Shown: positions 48,319 through 57,400 of the stretch, piece by piece
Numbering within the stretch: position 1 is the first letter of the stretch
Layout of the letters: every line of letters begins with the position of its first letter
Assembly (NCBI GenBank): GCA_963729625.1
Contig: CAVSOU010000007.1
Location: forward strand, 512,001-576,000
DNA: 64,000 nucleotides
Source: an uncultured bacterium
Lineage (GTDB): Bacteria; Chloroflexota; UBA5177; JANWHV01
Reading direction: 5' to 3'
Program-made: the position numbers and the translations under genes
The notes under the pieces: generated by a model
The model's input: only the letters and a program-made list of their open reading frames with translations
Databases searched by the model: none
Told to the model about the DNA's origin: nothing

Positions 48319-49628
48319 CAGCTGCACCAGCGTGAGATGAAGCGCGCGCAGATCTTTGCCAGGTCAATCAGGTCGGCAATGAGCACGTATTCGTCGGGCG
48401 CATGGGCGGCCCCGCCTCCGGGCCCGAGAATGAGCGCCGGAGTTGGGCTGTAGAGATTGAAGACATAGGCATCACAGGCAAATGGCGCCCCACGCTGCCT
48501 GTACTGCCGAAAGCCAAGGCTCTCGTAGCTGTCCCGCAACGCGCTCAGGGCCGGATGGTCGAGCGGCATGCTACTCCCGGGCAGATAGCGGGTCGTGGCA
48601 ATCAACTCCGGACGACGTCCTGACGTGCTGGGATCCGCGTCCAGTTCCTGCGCTACGCGGCTCAGCAATGTCTCGTCGAATTCGTCGATGGTCGTTCCCT
48701 CGTAGATTTCGGCCCAGAAGTGTAGTCTGGTCTCGGCAGGAATGTCCAGCGATTCCAGAAAGGTGGCGCCGCCACTGCCGATCTGCGTGAGGTGGAAGGG
48801 GATATCGGGGTTGTCCCGGTAGAGCGGCGGGATGTCGCTCCGGCGTTGGCGTTCGTCGTTGAACCGCTTGATCGCGATTGCCGCTCGCGCCAGGGCCAGA
48901 ATCGGATCGGCCAGGTGCTCGCCGCCGTAGGCTCTGCCCGGTTCGCCGCGAAAGCTCAGATATGCGCCCTGCCCGCCGCGATGCGCGGGACAGACGTCCA
49001 GGTGCGTCGGCTCGCTGTTGATGGCGATATCCGCGTTGTAGCCGCGCAGGCGAGCAGCCAGCACGCCATGTGAGCCGCCATACTCTTCGTCGACGACGGT
49101 CTCGACGATCACGTCGCCGCGCCGTCTCACGCCAAGCTCGCGCAGGCAGCGAATCGCAAACAGGTGGCTGGCCAGCGCGCACTTGGTGTCGTAGCTGCCG
49201 CGCCCGTAGAGCTTTCCGTCGATGATCTCGGCGCCAAACGGCGTGCCGGTGACCCACGGTATAGTGCCGGCCGGCATTGTATCGATATGCGTAGAGAAGA
49301 GTGCCGACCGGCCTTCGCCGGTCCCGCGGAACACACCGACCACATCGGGGCGGTCGGAGAATTCTCGTGGCCGCCCGTCGACCGACGGCGAAAACGCAGG
49401 GTGCTCGCGCAATCCAGGCACGTCGTCGGGCGTAAACCAATCCACATCGGCGCCCAGCTCCAGCAGCCGATCGCGCACGAAGCGCTGAGCGTCCTTCTCG
49501 TTCCCGGTAGGAGGGTGGCTTTCGCTCGGGATACGGACGAGCGCACGAGCCGTCTCAACCAGCTCGTCACTGTGAGCGTCCACCCAACTATCGATCGCGC
49601 GATCCGTTGTGTCTGTGCTCGTGGACAT
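48318..49628 (-). CDS. M20 metallo-amidohydrolase (ArgE/DapE-like)
   Basis: THIDT, YGRGSYDTK, DEE, EPT, AHAPDE. Confidence 0.9.
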   Translation of the reverse strand: MSTSTDTTDRAIDSWVDAHSDELVETARALVRIPSESHPPTGNEKDAQRFVRDRLLELGADVDWFTPDDVPGLREHPAFSPSVDGRPREFSDRPDVVGVFRGTGEGRSALFSTHIDTMPAGTIPWVTGTPFGAEIIDGKLYGRGSYDTKCALASHLFAIRCLRELGVRRRGDVIVETVVDEEYGGSHGVLAARLRGYNADIAINSEPTHLDVCPAHRGGQGAYLSFRGEPGRAYGGEHLADPILALARAAIAIKRFNDERQRRSDIPPLYRDNPDIPFHLTQIGSGGATFLESLDIPAETRLHFWAEIYEGTTIDEFDETLLSRVAQELDADPSTSGRRPELIATTRYLPGSSMPLDHPALSALRDSYESLGFRQYRQRGAPFACDAYVFNLYSPTPALILGPGGGAAHAPDEYVLIADLIDLAKICARFISRWCS

Positions 49629-49744
49629 TCTCGTCCAGCTCCTCCCATTCAGACGGCAAGCCGCCCGGTATCCAGGACGGCATTTGCGCCAGCCACGGAT
49701 GCGACGTTGCCCATTGCCAGAAAGGTCTGGACGTCAGAGCCTCG

Positions 49745-50635
49745 TCACTGGCGAAGTGCGCCCTCCATCAAGCCCTTCATGAACCACTTTTGCAGAGCGA
49801 CGAACATGACGATCGGCGGGATGATCATGACGGAGTACACGGCGGCGATGCGCGGCCATTCCCAGACGCCCGTCCCAGCCGTGGCTCCCGCCATGCCCAC
49901 CGTCAACGTGCGGGCGTTCGGCGTGGAGGTCAGCGTGAACGCCAGCAGGAATTCGCCCCACATGGAGATAAACGACAGCATGCCCACCACGATCAGGCCG
50001 TTGCCGCACAGCGGCAACACGATCTGCACGAACGTCCGCAGGATCGAGCAGCCGTCGGCGCGCGCTGCCTCCATTAGCTCCTTGGGAATGGCGCGAAACA
50101 CGCCCGACATGATGAAGGTGCTCACCACCAGGTTGATCGCGATATAGGGAAGAATCAAACCGACGAGATTATCGAGCAGATTCAGGTCAGCGCTGAGCTG
50201 ATAGATGCCGATCACAGAGGTGATCTGGCTGGGAAAGAACAGCGATGCCACCATCACGGTCAGGACCACACGCCGGCCCGGGAATTTCAGCCAGACCAGC
50301 GCATAACCGCCGAGGCTGGAGACAATCAGCACGCCGATCAGGCCGCCGGTCGTCACGATCACGCTGTTGACGAAGTAGCGAGGCAGATCCGGGATGTGAC
50401 TGAAGGCGTAGCCGTAGGCATCGAATGTGGGATGGGTCGGGAAGAACGTAATCGTGGAGTAGGCCTCGGTCAGCGACTTGAAGGACATGCTGAATACCCA
50501 GATGACCGGGATCATGGCCACAGCACAGAACAGGATCAGGACGGCATGCCGGACGAGGGCTCCCCAAGTAAACGGCAAGCGGCGACGACCTTTCCTGGGT
50601 GCACCGCCTGCAGCCGCCGGCTCACGGATCATCAC
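49745..50635 (-). CDS. carbohydrate ABC transporter permease
   Basis: IPKELMEAARADG EAA motif, QKWFMKGL. Confidence 0.93.
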   Translation of the reverse strand: MMIREPAAAGGAPRKGRRRLPFTWGALVRHAVLILFCAVAMIPVIWVFSMSFKSLTEAYSTITFFPTHPTFDAYGYAFSHIPDLPRYFVNSVIVTTGGLIGVLIVSSLGGYALVWLKFPGRRVVLTVMVASLFFPSQITSVIGIYQLSADLNLLDNLVGLILPYIAINLVVSTFIMSGVFRAIPKELMEAARADGCSILRTFVQIVLPLCGNGLIVVGMLSFISMWGEFLLAFTLTSTPNARTLTVGMAGATAGTGVWEWPRIAAVYSVMIIPPIVMFVALQKWFMKGLMEGALRQ

Positions 50636-51540
50636 TAACTCTCCGAATCTGGGCGCAAGACGACATACAGCCCCACAGCGACGGCCAGCATGATCGCCGC
50701 GCCGACCCAGCCGATCGCGGCGGCGTAGCCCATGGGCTCCGCATTGAGGAAGGCGAGGTTATACATATAGACCGTCCAAGGGTGCTGGGTGTCCTGGGAC
50801 CGCATGACCAGGTACTCGACCAGCACGCCCATTGCAGTGCTCAGGCGAAGCACCAGGATGATCATCAGCATTGGTTTGAGCAGAGGGATGCTGATCCGCC
50901 ATGCTATCCGCCACTCTCTGGCCCCATCGATGCGGGCCGCCTCGTACAGCTCCGAGGGGATAGCCGCCAGCCCCACCATGAAGAAGACCGTGTGGTAGCC
51001 GATCCCCCACCACCATTCCATGAAGGCGATGCAGGGGATTGCCCAGGTATCGCTGCCAAGCCAGAGCGGCGGATGCGACCAGCTGGCCACATGCAGGCCG
51101 TCGACCAGGATCCAATTGAGCAGCCCCTGATCGGGGCCGTAGATCCAGCTCCAGAGGATGAAGACCAGGGGTCCCGGAATCAGAGCCGGAATGTACAGGA
51201 GCGTGCGGTAGACGCTGGAAACCAGCCTGTTCCGCACCCGATCGAGGAGAATGGCCAGGAAGAGCGGGAACAGCACGCCGCCGGGGATAAATATCGCGGT
51301 GAACTCTGCCGCCTGCCCGATGCCCTGCCAGAACACCTGGTCGTGCAGGGCGTTGTCGTAGTTGCGCAATCCCACCCAGTGCGTGTCCGCAGGGAAGAGA
51401 TTGCGGTAGTTTGTGAAGCTCAGCCAGAGCACGCGCAGAATCGGCCAGCCCTGGTAGAGCACCAGGAATCCGACCAGCGGCAGGATGAAGAGGTAGCCGA
51501 CCGCATAACGCCGGGCAGCGCGGATCATTGTCGACCCCAT
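50635..51540 (-). CDS. carbohydrate ABC transporter permease
   Basis: WVGLRNY, GLLN, IPSELYEAARIDGA. Confidence 0.93.
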   Translation of the reverse strand: MGSTMIRAARRYAVGYLFILPLVGFLVLYQGWPILRVLWLSFTNYRNLFPADTHWVGLRNYDNALHDQVFWQGIGQAAEFTAIFIPGGVLFPLFLAILLDRVRNRLVSSVYRTLLYIPALIPGPLVFILWSWIYGPDQGLLNWILVDGLHVASWSHPPLWLGSDTWAIPCIAFMEWWWGIGYHTVFFMVGLAAIPSELYEAARIDGAREWRIAWRISIPLLKPMLMIILVLRLSTAMGVLVEYLVMRSQDTQHPWTVYMYNLAFLNAEPMGYAAAIGWVGAAIMLAVAVGLYVVLRPDSES

Positions 51541-51592
51541 GCCTACTGTGGGACGGCTTCAAATTAGTTCAGGGCCCATTATCGCATCTGAC

Positions 51593-51781
51593 GCGTAGCG
51601 GCCACAAATCGCGCCTGACCTCCCAGGCCGCTACGCACCACGCACATGCCGAATTGACTTCAGACGGTTCCAGGCAAGTGCCTGCACGTGTGGCACGTTG
51701 GCGTAGAGGTGCATGTCGTACATCCGCCTGGAGCGCACGGGCGCGCGCACGCGACCTGCATCGTAGGTGCCCCGCCTACGC
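51593..51781. repeat. two GTAG...CTAC-bounded palindromes (REP-like)
   Basis: gcgtagcggcc/ggccgctacgc (51593-51636); gcgtag...ctacgc with an internal imperfect stem (51701-51781). Confidence 0.45.
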
Positions 51782-51800
51782 AAACGCACCACACCTACCA

Positions 51801-51836
51801 GGCGGAGACGGCAGCCGAAGCGCTGCCATCTCCGCC
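51801..51836 (-). terminator. stem-loop after the SBP gene
   Basis: ggcggagatggcagc/gctgccgtctccgcc 15-bp stem on the minus strand. Confidence 0.65.
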
Positions 51837-51844
51837 CACTGCGA

Positions 51845-53278
51845 TCAGCCGCCAGTCTGCACCTTGAGCTGCGACTGGAACTGGGACGCCGTCTTCTGCA
51901 TGGCCTGCTCGGGGCTGACCTTGCCTTTGAGGGCGTCGGTGAAGTTCGTGACCAACGCTCCGTTGAGACCCAGGGAGAACCCGTAGATACTGTTCTCGAC
52001 GGCCTTGCTGGCCGCCAACTGGGAGTAGGCAGCGAAGACCCAATCCGGCGCCTTGCCCTTGAGCTTGGGGTACATGGAGTTGAACGGCGGGATCTGGCCC
52101 GAGGTGATCACTTCCTGCGTCCAGAAGCGCGGGTCGGAGAGCAGCCAGGTCAGCCAGTTTGCCCCCGCTTGCTTGTTGCTGCCGTACTGGAAGAGGCCTG
52201 CGCCGGTGTCCCAGAAGACCGAGCCGCCGGCTCCGCCGGCCGCCGGTTTGGGCAGCCTGGCCACGCCTACGTCCTTCATGCCTCCGGTGCTCTTGGGCCA
52301 GAGCAGCGCATCGTGCACGATCGAATTGGGGTACTTGAAGATCATCGCCACGCGGCTGGCCTTCAACGCCACGTCGTCGATGGTAGCGGCCTCGACCGCG
52401 GTGCCAGTAGCAAAGAAGTCGGGCGGCGTGTACGGGATGATGCCCTTGCAAATCTTGATCGCCTGCACGAAGGCCGGGTTGGTAAAGTCCGGATTGCCGT
52501 CCTTGTCGTACACGTCCAGGCTGATGCTGTGCACCACGGGCATCAGGGAACGCCAGGGGTGCCAGTCGAACGTGGCGCCGGCCACCGTGAACGCGCCGCT
52601 CTTCAGATGCTTGCTGTTGATTTGCTTGGCGGTAGCCGTGAACTCCTCCCAGGTAGACGGGATCGCCGTGACTCCCACCGCCTTGAACATGCTCTTGCGC
52701 CATTGCAGGCTGGAGATGTCGAGCAGGATCGGCCAGTCGTACATCTTGCCGTTGATCATGCCCTCGTCCTGCACGGACTTCGGCATGTCGTTCTTCACGC
52801 TGGCGGGCATGTAGGCGTCCCACGGCTCCAGAGTACCCGCCGCCTGTAGCTGCGACATCTCCACGAACGGCGTCATGCCCACGTAGACATCCCACGACGA
52901 GGTCTTGTTGCGCGCTTCCAGCAGGAACTTCTGCGTGCTGAAGTTGCTCTCAGGAGCGACCTGGATCTGTACCTGGGCGTCCGGATTCTTCTTGTTGTAC
53001 TCGTTCGTGAGCGGCTGGATCTGCGGGTTGAAGTTGAGGATCCACTGGTAAAAGCCCAGTTTGGTTACGCCAGAGGCGCCGGCACGCTGCGTCGCCGCGG
53101 CAGCTTCGATATCGGCGCGAGCGGTGGCCGGATTGTAGGCCTTGACGAAAGCCCCAATTGCCGCGGCCGACAGGCCGAGCTGGCCGGCGCGCTTCAGGAA
53201 CTTGGCACGCGTGGTCTTCCCGGCGCACAAGCGGTAGAACTCTTCATATACTGGCTCGTAGTCGAAATCCCCGTGCAT
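51845..53278 (-). CDS. sugar ABC transporter substrate-binding protein
   Basis: Tat-like leader TTRAKFLK, P.TWEEF, GK.SPEQAM; AAGGAG SD. Confidence 0.88.
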   Translation of the reverse strand: MHGDFDYEPVYEEFYRLCAGKTTRAKFLKRAGQLGLSAAAIGAFVKAYNPATARADIEAAAATQRAGASGVTKLGFYQWILNFNPQIQPLTNEYNKKNPDAQVQIQVAPESNFSTQKFLLEARNKTSSWDVYVGMTPFVEMSQLQAAGTLEPWDAYMPASVKNDMPKSVQDEGMINGKMYDWPILLDISSLQWRKSMFKAVGVTAIPSTWEEFTATAKQINSKHLKSGAFTVAGATFDWHPWRSLMPVVHSISLDVYDKDGNPDFTNPAFVQAIKICKGIIPYTPPDFFATGTAVEAATIDDVALKASRVAMIFKYPNSIVHDALLWPKSTGGMKDVGVARLPKPAAGGAGGSVFWDTGAGLFQYGSNKQAGANWLTWLLSDPRFWTQEVITSGQIPPFNSMYPKLKGKAPDWVFAAYSQLAASKAVENSIYGFSLGLNGALVTNFTDALKGKVSPEQAMQKTASQFQSQLKVQTGG

Positions 53279-53391
53279 CGATATACTCCTTCAAGATCTT
53301 GCAGCAGTCCATGGCAACCTGACACGACTTGCGGCCTGCCGTACGCAGTAACACACGATCTCAGCCCGTCTAGCTGCCATGTCCAGAGCGT

Positions 53392-53405
53392 CCAGGTTAA
53401 CCTGG
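53392..53405. promoter_or_regulatory. perfect 14-bp palindrome at the SBP promoter
   Basis: CCAGGTTAACCTGG overlapping a minus-strand TGcTATACC -10-like box. Confidence 0.55.
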
Positions 53406-53666
53406 TATAGCACGTTCGCGAATGGCCAGACTGCGACGACGACGATGCATGCCGATTGATACCTCAGACTGGTGAGCATCCAGCAGCGGATTGACCTCGC
53501 CCGAGACCCCCCTTCCCTTGGGCAGACCGTAGCGCACATTGCGCATCCACCATGCTATGGTAACTAGTGCCACAAGAATCGGGAAGGACCGCCAACAACG
53601 CGGCGGAGCGGCGCCGGGCACTGAGCGACCGATCGGCCGCGGCTGGCACTACGAAGGAGGGGTAGG

Positions 53667-54596
53667 ATGCGAAGACCAAGCAAGGTTGCCGACGGCTGGT
53701 GGGACTACACGACGCTCGACGACGAGCTCCTCGCCGATGCCGCCGGCCTTTCCGCCGCGGACATCGAGCAGCTGTCACGGCCCGGATTCCAGGTCACGAT
53801 GTATGACACGCTGGAGTCCTTCTATCTGGCCGAAGCCCTCGAATACGTATCTGCTTGGCGGCACGCGACGTCGGATTCGCCTGCCGGCATCTGCGGCCCG
53901 GTCGGTCCAACCGAGCAGTTGCCGCTCGTCGCGCAGATCGTGAACGAGCTGGAGATCGACGTGCGAAACGGGCACTTCTGGGCCATGGACGAGTGGTACC
54001 AGGACGGGAAAGAGGTCGCGATCACGCACCCCCTGAGCTTCGGGCGCGCCGACCTCGAGCTGTGCTTCAATCGCATCGACGCAAGGTTGCGCATGCCCGA
54101 GGAGAACCTGCATTTCATCACTGCCGCCAATCTGGCCGACTACACGAGGTCATTCGACACGGCGCGCTGTCTTGTGATGCAGGGCGGCCAGGGAGAAGTG
54201 AAGCACTGGGCGTTCAACGATCCGGTCCAGCGGCAGGGGCGCTGGAAGGACGAGCCCCCGTCCCCGGCGGAGTACCGGACGCTCTCTGCCCGCGTGGTGA
54301 CCCTCCATCCCATGACAATCATCCAGAACGCGCGCACGTCCGGCGGCGGCGTTGTCTCTAACGTGCCTTCCCAGGCACTCTCCGTCGGTCCGGTGGAAAC
54401 CTGGAAGTCGGAAAACGTCTCGATCTGGCAGGCCGGCCTGCACGACAATCCCTTCGGCATGCGACTGACCGCGCTGATGATCTCGAAGCACTTGCCCGAC
54501 TCGGCAGTGCCGATGTCGCTGCTCGCCGATCATCCCAACGTGCGATTCAACTACTATCGGCCGGGAATAGGGACGTGCGCGGCGGAAATGCACTGA
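53667..54596 (+). CDS. NagB-fold glucosamine-6-phosphate isomerase-like protein
   Basis: [26 protein letters not shown]; AAGGAGG SD. Confidence 0.8.
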   Translation: MRRPSKVADGWWDYTTLDDELLADAAGLSAADIEQLSRPGFQVTMYDTLESFYLAEALEYVSAWRHATSDSPAGICGPVGPTEQLPLVAQIVNELEIDVRNGHFWAMDEWYQDGKEVAITHPLSFGRADLELCFNRIDARLRMPEENLHFITAANLADYTRSFDTARCLVMQGGQGEVKHWAFNDPVQRQGRWKDEPPSPAEYRTLSARVVTLHPMTIIQNARTSGGGVVSNVPSQALSVGPVETWKSENVSIWQAGLHDNPFGMRLTALMISKHLPDSAVPMSLLADHPNVRFNYYRPGIGTCAAEMH

Positions 54597-54782
54597 AACG
54601 CGGCCGACGGTATGTCTCTTGGGCAAGCTCAACGGTCCCTTATTGGCGATTGCGCGCGTGACTGTACGTTGCACATAGGCCATCTGCAGACGACATGGCC
54701 GGTGTGGTGCCACGAGGATGACATGGTAGGATAACCGCTGAACCTTACTTGAGAGGTATGAACGCGAAAGAGGAGTGAGTCC

Positions 54783-55163
54783 ATGGCAATTGAGATCATC
54801 GCGGGCGAGAAGGCTCCAAAGCCGGCCGGGCCATATTCCCCGGCTGTGCGCTGGGATCACCTGGTTTTCACGGCCGGCCAGGTTGGCGTGGATCCTCGCG
54901 TGGGAAAGCCTGTTGAGGGCGGTATTCGCGAGCAGACTCGACAGGTGCTCACCAATCTCCGCAACGTGCTCGAGGCCGCGGGAACCGATCTCCAGCATGT
55001 AGTGAAGACGACGTGCTTTCTGCAGGACATCGGAGACTTCGCGGCCTTCAATGAGGTGTACCGGGAGTTCTTCCCGGCGAATCCGCCTGCGCGAAGCACC
55101 ATACAGGCATCGCTGGTGCTCCCCTACATCGTCGAGGTTGAAGCGATTGCAGTGCGCGAATGA
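54783..55163 (+). CDS. RidA/Rid-family enamine deaminase
   Basis: AP.PAGPYS, AGQV, VVKTT.FL, NEVY, PARS, VEVEAIA. Confidence 0.93.
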   Translation: MAIEIIAGEKAPKPAGPYSPAVRWDHLVFTAGQVGVDPRVGKPVEGGIREQTRQVLTNLRNVLEAAGTDLQHVVKTTCFLQDIGDFAAFNEVYREFFPANPPARSTIQASLVLPYIVEVEAIAVRE

Positions 55164-55259
55164 GCGTGCGACGTGCGTGCGCGCACAAATGACGGAGAGA
55201 CGTCAACCTGCCCGCCGGGAATAACCAAACGCAGTAGCCAGGGAGGGCACCTGGGCCGC

Positions 55260-56552
55260 TCAGCCGCCAAACTGCTGTTGCAGCGCCAGGACATTGGCGA
55301 CGTAACTCTGCGTCTCGGGTAGTATGCCAAGATTGTCGACGCTCGCCATGCCCTGGTGGTAGGCCGCGATCGCGTGCTGGGCGTCGGGATATACCTTCAA
55401 GTAGTACTGCAGCATGGCGACACCGGCGCGGACATTGTCGACCGGACTATACGGATTTATGGTGGTGCCCAGGAGCGTGTTGCCCGCCCAGGTGACGGAA
55501 TCGGGCATCAACTGCATGATGCCCATGCCGCCATCCGAGGCGGTGATCATCTGCCAGCCACTCTCCTGCCACGCGATCGCCTTGATCAGGGATGGAGCGA
55601 TGCCTGCGCGCTGCGCTTCGCTGACGAGTATGGTTTCCACCTCACCTTTGGTCACAAACGGCTCGTGGCCGCCCGGTACGACAAGACCCTGACCGACCTG
55701 CAGCAATGATTCGATACTGATACCGTTCCTTGCCGCCAGCGCTCCGGCAGATGTGCCGAATCGCCAGCCGATTCCCGAGAGCGTGTCGCCGGCCTGAACG
55801 ACGTAGACGCTGGTCTGTTGCGGAGGTGCTGCCGGTTGCGGTGTCACGGCGGCGGGCGCCGGCTGTACCGCGGGAATCGACAACACCTGGCCAATGATGA
55901 GGTACGCGGTCGGGCTGATCCTGTTCGCCGACGCGATGGCTGAAGCAGTAACGCCGAAGCGCTCCGCCAACGCGGTAAGTGTGTCACCCGACACAACCGT
56001 ATACACCACTCCGCCCAGCGAGGCGGAGGCGGGAGCAAGGATGCTGGCCGTGGCGGTAGCTTGAGGCTGTGCCGTGCTGCTCGGCGTTGCGGGCGGGGTT
56101 GGACTGGCGGCAGGCACGTTGACCGGTGGGTTTGGGATAACGAGCTGCTGACCGACCCGGATCATGAACGGCGAGCCAAGGGCGTTAATCTGCGAGAGCT
56201 TTTGGAACTCGACACCATACCGTTGACCGATCGCGGTGAGCGTGTCGCCCGGGCGCACGACATACGTGGTACCGTTCAATGGCCTGATCGCCGGACCCAG
56301 CGGCGAACCGGGCATGGCAATGGTCAAGGTCTTGCCGGGCCGTATGAGATTGGGATTGGCGATGTGATTGGCTTCTGCCAGCGCCTGGACGGTGGTGCCG
56401 TAGCGTTGGGCAATGGCAGTCAGCGTGTCGTAATGTTGCGTTACATAGGTGATGCGATCGGCTCGCGCATCATGCACGAGGCAGGTGGTGACGATGACTG
56501 CACTGAGCGAAGCCGTGCCTAACAGGCTGCGGAAGGGTCGTTGGTGTGACAT
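55260..56552 (-). CDS. four-LysM lytic transglycosylase (SLT)
   Basis: Four Y.V..(G)DTL..IA repeats; IAWQESG, GIMQLMP, AAYHQG. Confidence 0.93.
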   Translation of the reverse strand: MSHQRPFRSLLGTASLSAVIVTTCLVHDARADRITYVTQHYDTLTAIAQRYGTTVQALAEANHIANPNLIRPGKTLTIAMPGSPLGPAIRPLNGTTYVVRPGDTLTAIGQRYGVEFQKLSQINALGSPFMIRVGQQLVIPNPPVNVPAASPTPPATPSSTAQPQATATASILAPASASLGGVVYTVVSGDTLTALAERFGVTASAIASANRISPTAYLIIGQVLSIPAVQPAPAAVTPQPAAPPQQTSVYVVQAGDTLSGIGWRFGTSAGALAARNGISIESLLQVGQGLVVPGGHEPFVTKGEVETILVSEAQRAGIAPSLIKAIAWQESGWQMITASDGGMGIMQLMPDSVTWAGNTLLGTTINPYSPVDNVRAGVAMLQYYLKVYPDAQHAIAAYHQGMASVDNLGILPETQSYVANVLALQQQFGG

Positions 56553-56651
56553 GTATGCCCCCGATGCTTTTGGCCCAAGGGCCTTACCATACTAGGTGGG
56601 GCAACATTCCGCCAGTGCGTTGTCAACCCTGGAAGCAGAGATTCTCCGTGC

Positions 56652-57341
56652 CTAGCGACCCTCAAGCAGTCGCCGAAGGCGCGCGATCTCGGCGTCTCTG
56701 CGCGCGATCTCTTCCTCGACCTCGTCTTCTTGGTGCATGCGTCGCCCGTCTGCCAGGTAGACCTCGACCATCGCGCCCACCACTGCGAGTTCGAGCGGGA
56801 CCTGCTCGCTCCGGTAGCGTCCGTCTGCGGCGGGCTCCCAGGGACGATACGCCCCTTCGCGCAGGCGCCACCCACGTATCCGCTCGCGCAAATAGAGGCC
56901 GGAAGGATCCAGCGCCACATACTCCTGCACGCCGGCCCGGGCATAGCTGTAGCCTTTGCCGCGGACCATGTCGATATCGGCCTCGCACGTTGTCTCGCTG
57001 AGCACCTCCACGATCAGGACCGGCGGCCCGTCCACTTCGATCATGTGCGATCCGCGATTGGGGTCGATAGCGCGTGGATAGACGAAGACGTCGGGGTAGG
57101 TGCGAACATACGAGCCGTCAGGTCGCCTGCAGCCCAGAAGCAGCTCCTGCGTCAGAGCCTGCCAGCGAACGGGCGCCCCTGGCTCCCTGCTGATCCGCGC
57201 GGCGCCATTGATGCCCAGTCGCAGATTCGTGATCGCCGCCTGGTGCAGGTCGGTTCCCAAGATACTCTCCTCGGTATCGTCCGGTGGCCAGGGCTGGACC
57301 GGATACGGGGGCCAGGCTGGGGTCTGCGGTTCGGTTGCCAT
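56652..57341 (-). CDS. Uma2-family endonuclease-like protein
   Basis: PDVFV, PVLIVEVLS, K...YA.AGVQEY..LDP; AGGAGG SD. Confidence 0.85.
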   Translation of the reverse strand: MATEPQTPAWPPYPVQPWPPDDTEESILGTDLHQAAITNLRLGINGAARISREPGAPVRWQALTQELLLGCRRPDGSYVRTYPDVFVYPRAIDPNRGSHMIEVDGPPVLIVEVLSETTCEADIDMVRGKGYSYARAGVQEYVALDPSGLYLRERIRGWRLREGAYRPWEPAADGRYRSEQVPLELAVVGAMVEVYLADGRRMHQEDEVEEEIARRDAEIARLRRLLEGR

Positions 57342-57400
57342 CGTCTCGCCTCCTGGCTCTACTGTACCACGCCAACTCCCGGTTCAGGCTCGACTTCCCA

